From the NCBI RefSeq assembly GCF_018977255.1, contig NW_024704774.1:992001-1056000 (forward strand): DNA of 64,000 bases, read 5' to 3'. This stretch comes from Callorhinchus milii. Taxonomy: Eukaryota. The notes below the pieces were generated by a model. The model did no database searches. It worked only from the letters and a program-made list of their open reading frames with translations, and was not told where the DNA came from. Position numbers and translations under genes: made by a program. Each line of letters opens with the position of its first letter. Position 1 is the stretch's first letter. This document shows, piece by piece, positions 38,988 through 50,777 of the stretch.

Positions 38988-39735
38988 TTCAACCAACCCA
39001 CAGCTGTTTGCTCCAGGCATAGGCAAATTGGTTAATGCCCCTGTAGGAAGCAATTGCACACTCTAGAACTGACAAACAAAGAGCTGCTTTAGTGAGTTTT
39101 CTTGGTCGCTGAAACTGAAAAATTCTTAAACATGACAAGGTGCTTTTTTTGCATATCAGACACACGCTTGACAAAACAAAATGCATTAAACTCTTTGTGA
39201 AAACTGAATGCCTTCTCTACCATATTTCTGTCTTTGAAAGTCTTTGTAAACATATAAACAGTGCTGACTTTAGTACCACCTTACACATCAGTACAAATAG
39301 ACAGGCAATAACTTCAATTATCTTAAATGAAATTACAAGTATAAATGATTAAGAAAGAATAAGGAGAATCTTGCAAATCTAACTTCACATCAAACACTTT
39401 TATTTATAGGGGAATAAGTCAAGCATATAAAACTTTTGTGTTTCAGAATGATAAACTACAAACTATAACAAGTCATTATAGCAGCCAACCAAACTGAAAT
39501 CATTTGAGAGTAAAACAGTAGTTGTGCCACAATATCTCAAAATCTAGGATGCTAAATGTTTGCACAAACATTTGCATTTGTATTAATGCACTTTTTTGTC
39601 AACCAGGTGTTTCAGCCACCAATTAAACTTACAAAAGCAGATCTTTGTTTGCCATTTCTGGAGCGTGCAGTCACTTTCCGCAGGACAAATACCAATTTGC
39701 CTAAACCTGGAGGAAATTGTTGTAGGTTGGTTGAA
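38988..39735. mobile_element. ~750-bp foldback/MITE-like element with long imperfect terminal inverted repeats
   Basis: 38988-39115 is the reverse complement of 39609-39735 at roughly 75-80% identity; after an indel the similarity continues inward to ~39205 and ~39560. Confidence 0.65.
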
Positions 39736-40339
39736 TTGCTGAGACATCAGAGTAAAGGGTGACAATCACTATGCCATCCAAAATACTTACTGTGACAATT
39801 AATTTCTATTTGTGTTTCACATTATATATTTGTATTTAATGGAGCAGAGCGGTATGAGTTAAAACATTTAATATAAGTAACTCAGGAGGGTTTTGTGATA
39901 ATCATACTAAGTCATTATACCTTCTCTTCTTCAGTCCTATATTGGAATCTTTGTTGTGATTTATTGAAGAAATGACAAATATTTTGGTTTGTCAATTTCA
40001 GTTTAAAAACATGTTTCTCTGTGAATCTTTGTGAAGGAGGAAACACCTTGATATTCTTCTGGAGAAGAAAGCAGACGTATCTGCAAAATGTACCATACAG
40101 ATATTTCCATTGCATTTAGATTTTAATCCCATTATGTACCTATCATGAGACATAAAGAGAGGTGATACCAATCCTTCCATTGGATATAGGCTTTTATCAT
40201 GCCAAAATGTTTCAAAGTTCTTTATAAAAAAATACATAAAGTGCAATGATTATGTATTTCCAGATGAACGCAACAGCCAATTTTCACACAACAATGTCCG
40301 GGAAACACCCATGAAGTGAATGATCATTTTTTAAAAATC

Positions 40340-40535
40340 TTGAGCAACTCCCTCTGTTCGAAAAGTGCTATAGTATCTTTAATGTCCACCAGAACAGGCA
40401 GATGGGAGTTCAGTTTAACATCTCATCTGAACGATGGATCCTCTGACAATGCAGCTTTCCTCCACCACTGCATCAGCGTGTCAGCCTAAACTATGATCTT
40501 AAATTTGAGAAATGGAGCTTGAATCCACATTCTGA
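40340..40535 (-). mobile_element. Degenerate ancient DeuSINE (AmnSINE1/SacSINE1-like) remnant
   Basis: GTTTAACATCTCATCTGAACGATGG..CTCTGACAATGCAGC..GTGTCAGCCTA..CTTGAATCCACA..TTCTGACTCAG resembles the recalled reverse-complement consensus. Confidence 0.55.
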
Positions 40536-40689
40536 CTCAGATACAGAGAGAGATAGAATGGAACAGATAAGTAGAGAGAGATACACATACACACAGACAC
40601 ACACACAAAAAGTCACAGACAGACAGCTAGATAAATATGTTCTCCAAACCCCAGAGGGTTCTGAAAATTCTTGAAAATCCATTCTGCCC

Positions 40690-40905
40690 CTGCTCTCTGA
40701 AACTCTATACCAGAGACCCTCCTCCTCAGCCTCTACCTCTAAAGCCTGCCTTAAAACTTATCTTTTCAACTGCACTTTTGGTCACCTTTCTTCTCCCACC
40801 CCCGCCTTTGCAGGTTGTTTTCCTAGTCACCTGTATGATACACTTTGAGACATCCTACCAACATAAAAGACAGAATATAAACAGAAATTGTTGTTGTTGC
40901 TGCTA
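40690..40905 (+). mobile_element. Degenerate L2 3' end
   Basis: AAAGCCTGCCTTAAAACTTATCTTTTCAAC..CACTTTGAGACATCCT..(TTG)n. Confidence 0.6.
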
Positions 40906-42639
40906 AATGAAAAGAGAGTCTAATTTCCTTGATCTTGTCCCTCTGTTCCAAAAATCCTCATTTTTCTATCCAAGGTTTGTTAAAAAAAATCCACTTTCTT
41001 CAAAAACAATTTCTCCAAACTTATATTTGCAAGGACTTCATTCACCCAATGAGAAAATGTGTGTGGCTCTCCTGATTTTCACTCCAAAACTATAAGGTTC
41101 TTTGCCATCAATAGTGCTGACAGAATCATTCAGTTTAAATGCTGTGGAACGTTAACCTCTGACAATGAGCCTAATATACATATCTTAGGGTCACTATTGA
41201 TGGTTAACCCCTCTGCCCTTGCTCTCGTATTCACCACTCCTTCCCAGAAGGGAGGTATCTTAGGACATTTTCAAAATATATGCAAAGGAGTCCCCTGATC
41301 TGAGACACAAAGCCAGCATTTATTCTCTGATGAGTATTTCAGTTTACCCACAGGGTCTCGTACTGTACTAAGCTGCGAAAAAGCAGCTCCACAAGAATTA
41401 TTCTATTAATGCTTTATACTGCACCATATTAAGTATCTTATAAGATTTGGCTGTAAAATAAGATTAATAAACTTCTGGCTGCATAAAATTCTGAAATTCC
41501 AAAGGATCCCTCAAAGTTGTAGAAAGGTAGAGATTGTTTTGAGGAGGGCTGAAATTGCTGACTTATCTGTTGGGAATGATACATCTCCTTTCATGCATAA
41601 CCTCAATAAAGCAGATTTTAAGACAATCATTAAACAACACTTATTTATGAGCTACCACTATGTTAGGGTGCTTACATAAGGGCACTGCAACAGAATGCGA
41701 TGCATCCATCTTAATCCACATGCCCAAAAGAATATAAACATTTCTAAGAGTGTATCATTTAATTGTAAGACTTCCAACCTTTGGTTGCTGCATTTCCTCT
41801 CCAACTCCAACCAGATGGTGCCTTCTACCAAAAGCCAGACCTATCATTCCATTTGCCAACATTTAAAGGTATGTACTGTTTTCAATCTGGTACCCTTTAT
41901 TTTATCCTGCTGCAATTTACTTATACTTAGCTTGGAGTGAGGAGGGTTTATCTCCCATACGGTTAAGACCATCTGTTTAATTTTCTTGAACAGTAAATCT
42001 ACAATAACAGCAATTTGCACTTACAAAGCACTTTTCACATAAGACAAACATTTCAAGTTTTTTACAGAGATGACAGGGAGTAGTGAGCAAAGAAGGAGAA
42101 TTAATGGTTATTGAGCAAAAGCATGGTCAAAGAGCTAGACTTTTAAGCGTATTATCAATTAATAATTGTTATTAATAATTATCATAATAATTGTTATCAA
42201 TTAATTCCAAGACTAACAAGCTTTGGATGCTGCATTTCCTTATATTATAATAATTATTATAATTATTATTTTATTATTATCATCAAGGCAGAAAGTGAAG
42301 CTTAGAATCATAGAAATTACAAGAGAGGAAGGCAAATCAGTCCATTATGCCTGTGCTTGCTTGTTCTTTAAAATAACAATCCATTCAGTTCAGTTTATTT
42401 CCCTTATTCCTAAAAACAAAAACAACAATGCTGTTATATTGAAATAAAAAAATCATTCATCTTCAAATTATTACTCATCTAATCATTTTAGACAGGAAAC
42501 AAGATAATTAAGGGTTGCATTGTTATCACTTCCTGATTTTGGATTAGTCACCAATCTGTTAAAAAAATTGTTATCATCTATTTTAATTCATGTATTACTT
42601 TATAAACATGTTTTTAAAAAGTTAGAAAATAGTAGCTGG

Positions 42640-42955
42640 ACTGATGTCTCAGGTGGTAAATGGACCATTAAAAATGTCCCAGGATTGAACATTAGTTTGT
42701 TCTGAGGCCGCTGAACCAACTGGCAGAGGGGAAAGCATTATAATGGCCCCAATAGGCATAGATGTGTGTAAAAATATACAAGATATACTAACCAGGGTTT
42801 CTATTCCTGATTGTCACACAGTGACCTCTGCTGGAAAGTGTATCTGTGTGGTGTTAAACAATGACTGGGTCATCCACACAGAAGCACACACAACACAGTT
42901 GACAGTGGGTTACTTCATTCAAGAGAGAAGAAAATGAGGAGGGGACAAAAACTGT
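42640..42955 (+). mobile_element. Degenerate ancient SINE remnant (AmnSINE2/MER131-like)
   Basis: ACCAGGGTTTCTATTCCTGATTG..CAGTGACCTCTGCTGGAAAGTG, and a GAGGAGGGGACAAAAA end. Confidence 0.45.
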
Positions 42956-44827
42956 GAAAGGAAATGCAACCTTTTTTCAAAAAAAAGAATTTATTATTAA
43001 CATCAAAAAGAGAAACACAGAGTATGACCAACATGAACAGGAGTCTAATAAACTCAATGTTGATGGCAGCAGGCAAAAGATATGTATGAACTAGATGTCT
43101 TAGAAATAGAAGAAGAGTGGGGGCTGGGCTCAAATCTCCAGCATCAGTCCTTGATACTGAACTAAGGACATGTGGAAAACAGAGGTTAAGGGCACATATG
43201 GTCCTAATTAGCTCAAAATCAACCCTGCCATTACGAGGTATGTCCTGGAAAAGGGAGAGAAACAAATCAGGTGGAGATAAAACCAGAACTTTCTGTTTAG
43301 GACACAAAGTGAATTTGCGATACTTTAGATGTACCAGTCTTGTGTAGTTATAAAGATGGAAGACAAAAAATCTGAAATTTTCTTTCAATTTCTAACCCCA
43401 TCATCGCACACTTATGTCTTTTTAGATTACTGCTTCCACCCCCTTAAACAAAACCTATCCTGTTCCACTGTTATTAACTAGGGTCAGGGTGGCAGAGTTC
43501 AGACTGCTATAAAAGGTACCAATAGTAACCCCATTTTTGTATCGAGTGTTGAGCATATGCCAGTCAGGGACACAACCATTATATCTCCATGTCCTTATAA
43601 TCACATCAATGTGGTGACTTTTTTTTACATGAGCTGACCCAAACTGTCACGCCTTTCCAGGAAAAGCAAAATACAGCATAAGAAACAAATATAAACACAC
43701 CAGTAGTAAGTCATCTTCTGCTTTTTCTGAAATAAAGGAATCTAATTTGTGAGATTTGCAAAATTAGCAAGTAACAAGTCCTGCAGGAACCTCAAAATAT
43801 CTAAGACCAACCCTCTGGAACTCCACTTGGTCCAGTCCTGTTTCTATTAACCTGAAGCTGGTTGATGGTAAAAGAAAATGGCTCCTGGCACCTGGTTGGC
43901 AATCTTGTTTTAGCAGAATTTTGGAGGTTTAGGTTCAAAAATATTTGGACACTCATTGTATCCACAAATTCTTCTACAAATATTGTAATTTAAACCCTCA
44001 TATGTAGAAGACAGTACCAATAATTATTTTATCCTCCCAGTCCAAATTCCTCCCCTCCTGGGCAGTAACTGATACAACACTGAAGTTCGATCACACACAC
44101 GCCGCAGCTTTGCTGTGATGCCCCCTCCCCCTTTTGATTAGTGGAGTTGTCTTTGTTTAGGTACACTCATGAAGACTGTCCAGTTTTCCTCTCAAGAAAC
44201 AAACTCATACGTACACTTTGCAGCAGGGATTATTGAATACTCGCCAGAAGTAGATTCTTTCTGTGTGATTCTTTCTACCCCCACCCTTTAACCATGGAAC
44301 ACTATGGCCAATCTTGAGGGTTCAGGCTATCCAGCCTGATACCATCTCAGCACAGACCTCAGATTCAACCCAATTTCCATGTTCATATGACACAGTTTTG
44401 CAATAGCGCAATAAATTTACTAACTGCTTAATCAAGTTAATTCCACCTTTTAAACCTAATCTAGGTGTGGCTCTCCAAGAGAAGAGAGCAATTAAGGGCT
44501 CCAAGATGCAACCCTGCATGAAGATGCTATATAAGTGAAACTTGTTGTTCTCAAACAGCACAGAATGTGCTGCCACACCAAACTGTACAGTACTTATCAC
44601 CCAGCTTTAGCACTACTTGTACAAGCTACTTATACAGTGCAGTTGAAGACAGTGTCATGTGAAAACAGAGTCCTGCAGTAACCAGATATATCTGCTCTGT
44701 GGGAGAATCCAGAACAAGAAGGCATAATCTTAAAATTAGAGCACAGACTTCTGTGCTGTAAATTTCTATGGATCTATTTATGGTTTAAGCTATTTTGCTT
44801 TTCACAATGTATGATCAGATAAATCTT

Positions 44828-45143
44828 TAATAATAATAATCCTTGCATTTGATATAGCGCTTTTCACGTCTTCTAGACGTCCCAAAGCGCTTCACAGAAT
44901 ACACTGTAAAGTGAATTGACTGTATATTTGTGGGCGAACGCTGCAGCTAATTGCGCACAGCAATGTCCCACAAACAGTCATGGATTGAAAATGACCAATT
45001 TATTAGTGGATTTTTTTGGAGGGATTATTATTAGGCGTGTGGAGTAAGGAAACTTGCCCAAGGTTTCTCCCTCTGCCTGGAATTGAACTCGGGTCTCTCG
45101 CTTACAAAGCGAGTGCTCTAACCACTGAGCTACAGGACTCCAC
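44828..45143 (-). mobile_element. Full-length tRNA SINE, short form
   Basis: Same head, core and tail as 5864-6187; TTTAATA at 44826-44832 and 45147-45153. Confidence 0.92.
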
Positions 45144-45159
45144 AGATTTAATAAAATCT

Positions 45160-45420
45160 ATTAGGAGTGAAATTAGGAGGTCCTTTTTCACCTGAAGGAT
45201 AGTGGAAATCTAGAACTCTCTCCCCAAAAGGCTGTGGATGTTGGATGCATTCACATTTTCAAGGTGGAGGTAGATAAGAATTTGTTCAGTCAGTTTATTA
45301 AGGGATATGGAGCAAGGGCGGGTAACTGGACTGAGGTACAGATCAACCATGATCTTATAAAATGGTGGAACAGCGCTAGGGGCTGAATAGCCTACCCGTT
45401 TCTGTCTATCTATTTATCTA
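45160..45420 (+). mobile_element. CR1-clade LINE 3' end
   Basis: GAACTCTCTCCCCAAAAGGCTGTGGA..TTCAAGGTGGAGGTAGATA..AAGGGATATGG..GATCAACCATGATCTTAT..AATGGTGGAACAG..GGGGCTGAATAGCCTAC, a typical CR1 3' end. Confidence 0.72.
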
Positions 45421-46447
45421 TACTGTGCTACAATGATCCTCACCATGCCAACCAAGCTAACTGTGCAGCTAAATATACAGTAGCAATGGTATGTACAGCG
45501 TACCATGATTCTAAAATGTAGCAGTTTTTTTTTATCAGTTTATCAGAAAATTTTATCAGTTTAGTTTGTGCCAACAATTTCCACAGAATGAATATGCTAG
45601 TGCAGCAAGTCATTAAGCCCATCATGTGTCAGTTATGTTTATTGTAATAAAGTGGGCAGAACAATTAACTAATTTCTAAATAAATGGGAAAAAAGAAACA
45701 AAATAAATAATAACATGATTAATTTTAAACAATGTTCCCAGATATTCTTAAAATGACCAGCAAATTAACAATGATATGATCTTCAGCCAGTGAAACAATT
45801 GGGGTTGAAATGAGACACCTATACAAACGTGTTTTGTTTAATAATTTTTGTTGGAAATATTTGTACAGTTTCATATTTCGTTCATGCATTTCAAAAAGAA
45901 ACTAGATAAGTATCTAAAAATAACTATGCTGCAGGGTTTGCAGAAGGGCAGGTGAATGGGACTAAAAACAATGCTCTTAAAAGAGCCAGCCATAGACATA
46001 ATGTCTGAATGGACTTCTTATGAGCTGTAAATTTCTATGGATCTGTTTATGGTTTAAGCTGTTTTGCTTTTCGCAATATATGACAAGATAAATCTTTAAC
46101 AAAATCTATTAAAAATCAAACGTGAAGGGTAGCACAATGCAATAAAACTGTGTACTACACAGTGGAAGATCTCCCAATATTCTATGCACTGCAAGTTCCT
46201 ATAAAACAGGAAGTGGTGAGGACCCACAAGGTGTGATACTTCCCCACAGGAAGAGAGGAAGAGAGAGAGCACATTTTGGGGGAAAAAAAGTCACCCAAAC
46301 TGCTCTTGTAACCTCCCAGTGGCCAGATCAAGAGCAGCATTGGAAGGGACCTGGAAACAAACAACATGCATTTTCTCTGTCAGAACATGAGGTGGTACTT
46401 GAAACAGGTGAAAAAAACATAATCTGTATCAGGATATCTCTTAGTTA

Positions 46448-46681
46448 GTGGAGTTTCCTTACTCCACACGCCTAATAATAATCCCGCCAAAACAAAACAA
46501 TAATAAATTGGTCATTTTCAATCCACGACTGTTTGTGGGACACTGCTGTGTGTAATTGGCTGCCACGTTGCACCAACAAATATACAGCCAATTCACTTTA
46601 CAGTCTATTCTGTGAAGCGCTTTGAGACATCTCGAAGACGTGAAAAGCATTATATCAAATGCAAGGATTATTATTATTATT
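46448..46681 (+). mobile_element. tRNA SINE lacking its Pol III promoter head (internal deletion)
   Basis: Begins GTGGAGT fused directly to TTCCTTACTCCACACG; core and (ATT)n tail are intact. Confidence 0.85.
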
Positions 46682-46915
46682 AGTTATACGGTAGCCCTCC
46701 TTTTTTGTTGCTGATTTTACTAAACTACAGAGACCAGCCAATAGTAAGTGGTATACCCTGAATATAGAGATGCTTCATATGTTCAAGATGTTCGTACATC
46801 AAACTTTTTTGGTTCATTGATCATGTTTCTTCTATGTTTTAATATTTCATGTAAGTGAACTGTCAACAGAGAGGTTGTGCATATTGAATGTTCTGCATAC
46901 TGAAATGGCCTCCTG

Positions 46916-46947
<32 letters not shown>

Positions 46948-47255
46948 CCTTGCATTTGATATAGCGCTTTTCACGTCGGGAGGACGTCCCAAAGCGCTTC
47001 ACAGAACACACTGTAAAGTGAATTGACTGTATATTTGTGGGCGAACGCGGCAGCCAATTGCGCACAGCAATGTCCCACAAACAGTCGTAGATTGAAAATG
47101 ACCAATTTATTATTGTTTTTGGTTTTGGAGGGATTATTATTAGGCTCTGTGTGGAGTAAGGAAACTTGCCCAAGGTTTCGCCCTCTGCCTGGAACTGAAC
47201 TCAGGTCTCTCACTTGCAAAGCGAGTGCTCTAACCACTGAGCTACAGGACTCCAC
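46916..47255 (-). mobile_element. Full-length young tRNA SINE, short form
   Basis: Long (ATT)n tail, intact A/B boxes, CpGs retained; CTGAT on both flanks (46913-46917, 47257-47261). Confidence 0.93.
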
Positions 47256-48479
47256 ACTGATGTAAAAAACACAAAACGTAAATTGCATTGTAATTGTATA
47301 GTGCATTCAGTAAAAAGGCACAGATGACAGTTAGAATACTGGAGTCTGTTGACAAATATACAACACAAATTGTTGAAATCAATAAAATTAAAAGTAAACT
47401 TTCAGCTTTCTCATAAATAAAGTTCATAATAGATCTTCTTTGTGTTGTCCCTGTTCTTAAGACTGAATTCTGCAATTCACTTTTGATTCATAACAAATAA
47501 CTGGTGTTTTTTAATGACACCCTACAAGTTATTTCAGTTTACAATATTACGTATACACTTTACAATTAAACTACTGTACAGGCAAACAGTGACATCTTCA
47601 TAATATTTATTACAGTTCTTTTTGAAAATATGCTGAACTATACTGTCCACTCTTCACAGAAAAGGTATGGTTTGGACACTGCATAATATAATTAAGAAGC
47701 TAAGTAAAGGAAAATGATTAATTCGATTTTTAGTTCATAAATCAAACTAATATTTCAGAAAGTGATTTCTGTAGATTATTTAATCTTCTTCACATTAAAT
47801 ATAATCCAACCATTGGTAAAATATTACAAATGTTGAAAAATAATAGCATTTTAAATGGTGTTCGATGTCATTATTGTATCTGATGACATTTAATAAAAAA
47901 TTTAGAATTTTCAAGGTAAGATACAAGATATTATTATAGAAATACTTGTTCAGGTGGCTCCATGAATTAGATTTAGATGAACCCAAAATGTGTTTTTTTG
48001 TCTTCTGAGTTTAATTTTCAGTTTATTGTAGCACACACACATATCAGGATTATATTTTGTTATTGTAGAACAACAACAGCAAATTGCATTTAAAAAAGCA
48101 ATATGAACTCAGACCCACCCAACATTTTTTGAATGAATACAATATATAAATTACATTTAACCAAGAAAGGTGCATTCATTTTTTAAAGATCTTATAAACC
48201 ATTAATTGTCAATCAACAGAAAACATTGGATATTTAACTTGGTCTTTTCATGTGTAAATTTTCCTCACTCTATGAATATACCACCAACTGTTGACTGACA
48301 TTGTTTTGAAAATCTCCCTTGTTCTAGTCAACCAGCATGGGGTACTCAAGTACTATAAACGATTGAATCCCAGGCAATTTCTCTTTCCCTTTCATCACGT
48401 AGGCACCTCAGAATTGATTCTTTTGCCCAATACCAGAGCTATGAGTGACACAAGACACAAGACACAAGACTCCCAGATG

Positions 48480-48660
48480 AAATTGATCATTCACTTCATG
48501 GCTGTTTTTGGTGGGACATTTCTGTGTGCCAATTGGCTGCCACATTCTGCTATAAAATACACAGGCACTATTACACTTTACAGTAACTCCTGTGAAATGC
48601 TTTGAGACATCCTCTAGATGTGAAAGACACTATATCAAATGCAATGATTAATTATTATTT
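48480..48660 (+). mobile_element. Degenerate SINE 3' half
   Basis: GGTGGGACATTTCTGTGTGCCAATTGGCTGCC..TTTGAGACATCC..CACTATATCAAATGCAATGATT. Confidence 0.75.
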
Positions 48661-49499
48661 TATATCATGAATTCACGCCTTCTGGATAATCCTCCAGTAC
48701 ACAAATATATTGTTTCCTGAAACACCTCAGAGATTCACTTCTGATGATCCCCTATATAAGTAGTCTGTTTGACAACTGATGAAACTTACTTGAAGAGGGT
48801 AAGAAAATTCCATTGTTGATCAAGGAAGTCGCTTAAAACACACAAACATCTTGGACAGGATCATACTTACATTGGATTAGCGGGAATTGTGGGGAGCACT
48901 CTACAACACTTTTGAAACTTTTTGAGAAAGCCATCATATGTAACCTTATGAAAATAATCCCAAATAAATGCAAAGCTGGTCAAGCAGCATTTGAAAGAGA
49001 CAAATAAGATAATATTTGGTGAACTCCTGCTGAAGAAGTAAACCTTGTACATTAACCTATATCTGTCTCTTATCTGCCTATTCAGATGAATCTTAAAGAT
49101 GCCATGGCACTCTTCAAAAAGAGAACCCGCCCCCACCACCCATAAAATATAAAATTCATTTACTTTATGGATATTTGTGGGATATTGCTGTATATAAAAT
49201 GCTTGCTGCACTTGCCAACATAAGCTCTGTGAAGCCCTTTGAAATATTCTAGAAGTTATAGGTGCTATTGTTTCTATGAAACTCGGGGAATGATTTAAGT
49301 ATTTAGTTTCCCAGCAGCGTTCTTAAAATAAAGATAACTGGGATGCCACACAACTTTTAGGAGGTAAGGGAACTATCTACACACTTCGATTTATTTCAAA
49401 TCATAAGACAATTGACACTACCAACAGGAAAGTGGAATTATTTTCCTCCCCCCCTCCCACACACACACACACAAAAAATAACCTTTATTGAAAAATTGC

Positions 49500-50330
49500 C
49501 TTCCCAGCCCTTTTTGAAGGAGGAAATCGGCAATGGGACACCTTCTCTTTAAAGGGACTGTGTTGATTGGATGAGGCACCCCCTCTCCGGCGGCTGGTGC
49601 TGTGAGTGGGTGCACAGACTGGGGCTGCTCTGCTGCTGGAGGAGGAGGAGGAGGAGGAGGTCACAGAGAGGCACCGAGAGCGCCGCACAGCAGCGCTGCG
49701 GGGATCCACCCAACAGCGATGTACCGACAGCTGAGGGTCCGGTCCGGACTGCGACCAGGAGCGGGGGGGCAATCCGACAAGTCGCTCAGGTAAAGCAAAG
49801 CATCTCACTCCAAATGCAGTCGATCGAGATGTGTTCCCGCATGGCCTTACCCCGCCTGGTTGGAGCGCTCGGGGCATTCGGCAAATACACCCGCTGTGTG
49901 TGCACTGCAAATCCAACGAGGAGACTACAGAGGGCAGTGCAATGTGGGGAAGCCCACTCCGCTGGAGGCACTGGGGTGGGAGTTCGGGGCAGGGGGAGGG
50001 GGTGGGGTTGGGGGGGGCATCGCGTTAACTAAAATGTATCTTTAGAAAAAGCGAAAAGTTCAGTGGCTTTGGTTTGGCGGATACTGTGCTGACTGCGGCG
50101 AGAGACAAAGATGCCCCGATGGGATGTGAAGTGTTTGGAAACCCGCTCGGTCCTCATTAAAGATAGACCACATTTCTGTGAAGGCGATCGCCCCCCCGGG
50201 GCCTCCCCGGTGCAGTTCCCGGGGCAATAACATGCACTCCCACAGATGTCACCGGGGTCGGTTACGGTTGTAACTGTTTTTATGCCGAACAGAGTCGATG
50301 CGAGTCAAAATATAACCAACACACACGGGC
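49500..50330. promoter_or_regulatory. Second CpG island with first-exon-like features (gene unidentified)
   Basis: High GC/CpG content, (GGA)n tract, plus-strand donor CAG/GTAAAG at 49789/49790. No recognisable protein. Confidence 0.5.
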
Positions 50331-50395
50331 AATGGAGTTAAATTCCCGTTTCAGCTCCTCCGGTGGCGCAATTCCCGTTTAAATGCTCCGCCCAA

Positions 50396-50777
50396 CCAGC
50401 GCCCACCCCCCAGCGCCCACCCCCCAGCGCCCACCCCCCAGCGCCCACCCCCCAGCGCCCACCCCCCAGCGCCCAGCGCCCACCCCCCAGCGCCCAGCGC
50501 CCACCCCCCAGCGCCCAGCGCCCACCCCCCAGCGCCCACCCCCCAGCGCCCAGCGCCCACCCCCAGCGCCCAGCGCCCACCCCCCAGCGCCCACCCCCCA
50601 GCGCCCAGCGCCCACCCCCAGCGCCCACCCCCCCAGCGCCCACCCCCCAGCGCCCAGCGCCCACCCCCAGCGCCCAGCCCCCAGCGCCCAGCGCCCACCC
50701 CCCAGCGCCCACCCCCCAGCGCTCAGCGCCCACCCCCAGCGCCCAGCGCCCACCCCCCAGCGCCCACCCCCCAGCGC
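50396..50777. repeat. GC-rich VNTR of 14-bp CCCCCCAGCGCCCA units mixed with 7-bp GCGCCCA half-units
   Basis: Read directly from the sequence; the minus strand is (TGGGCGCTGGGGGG)n. Confidence 0.95.
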
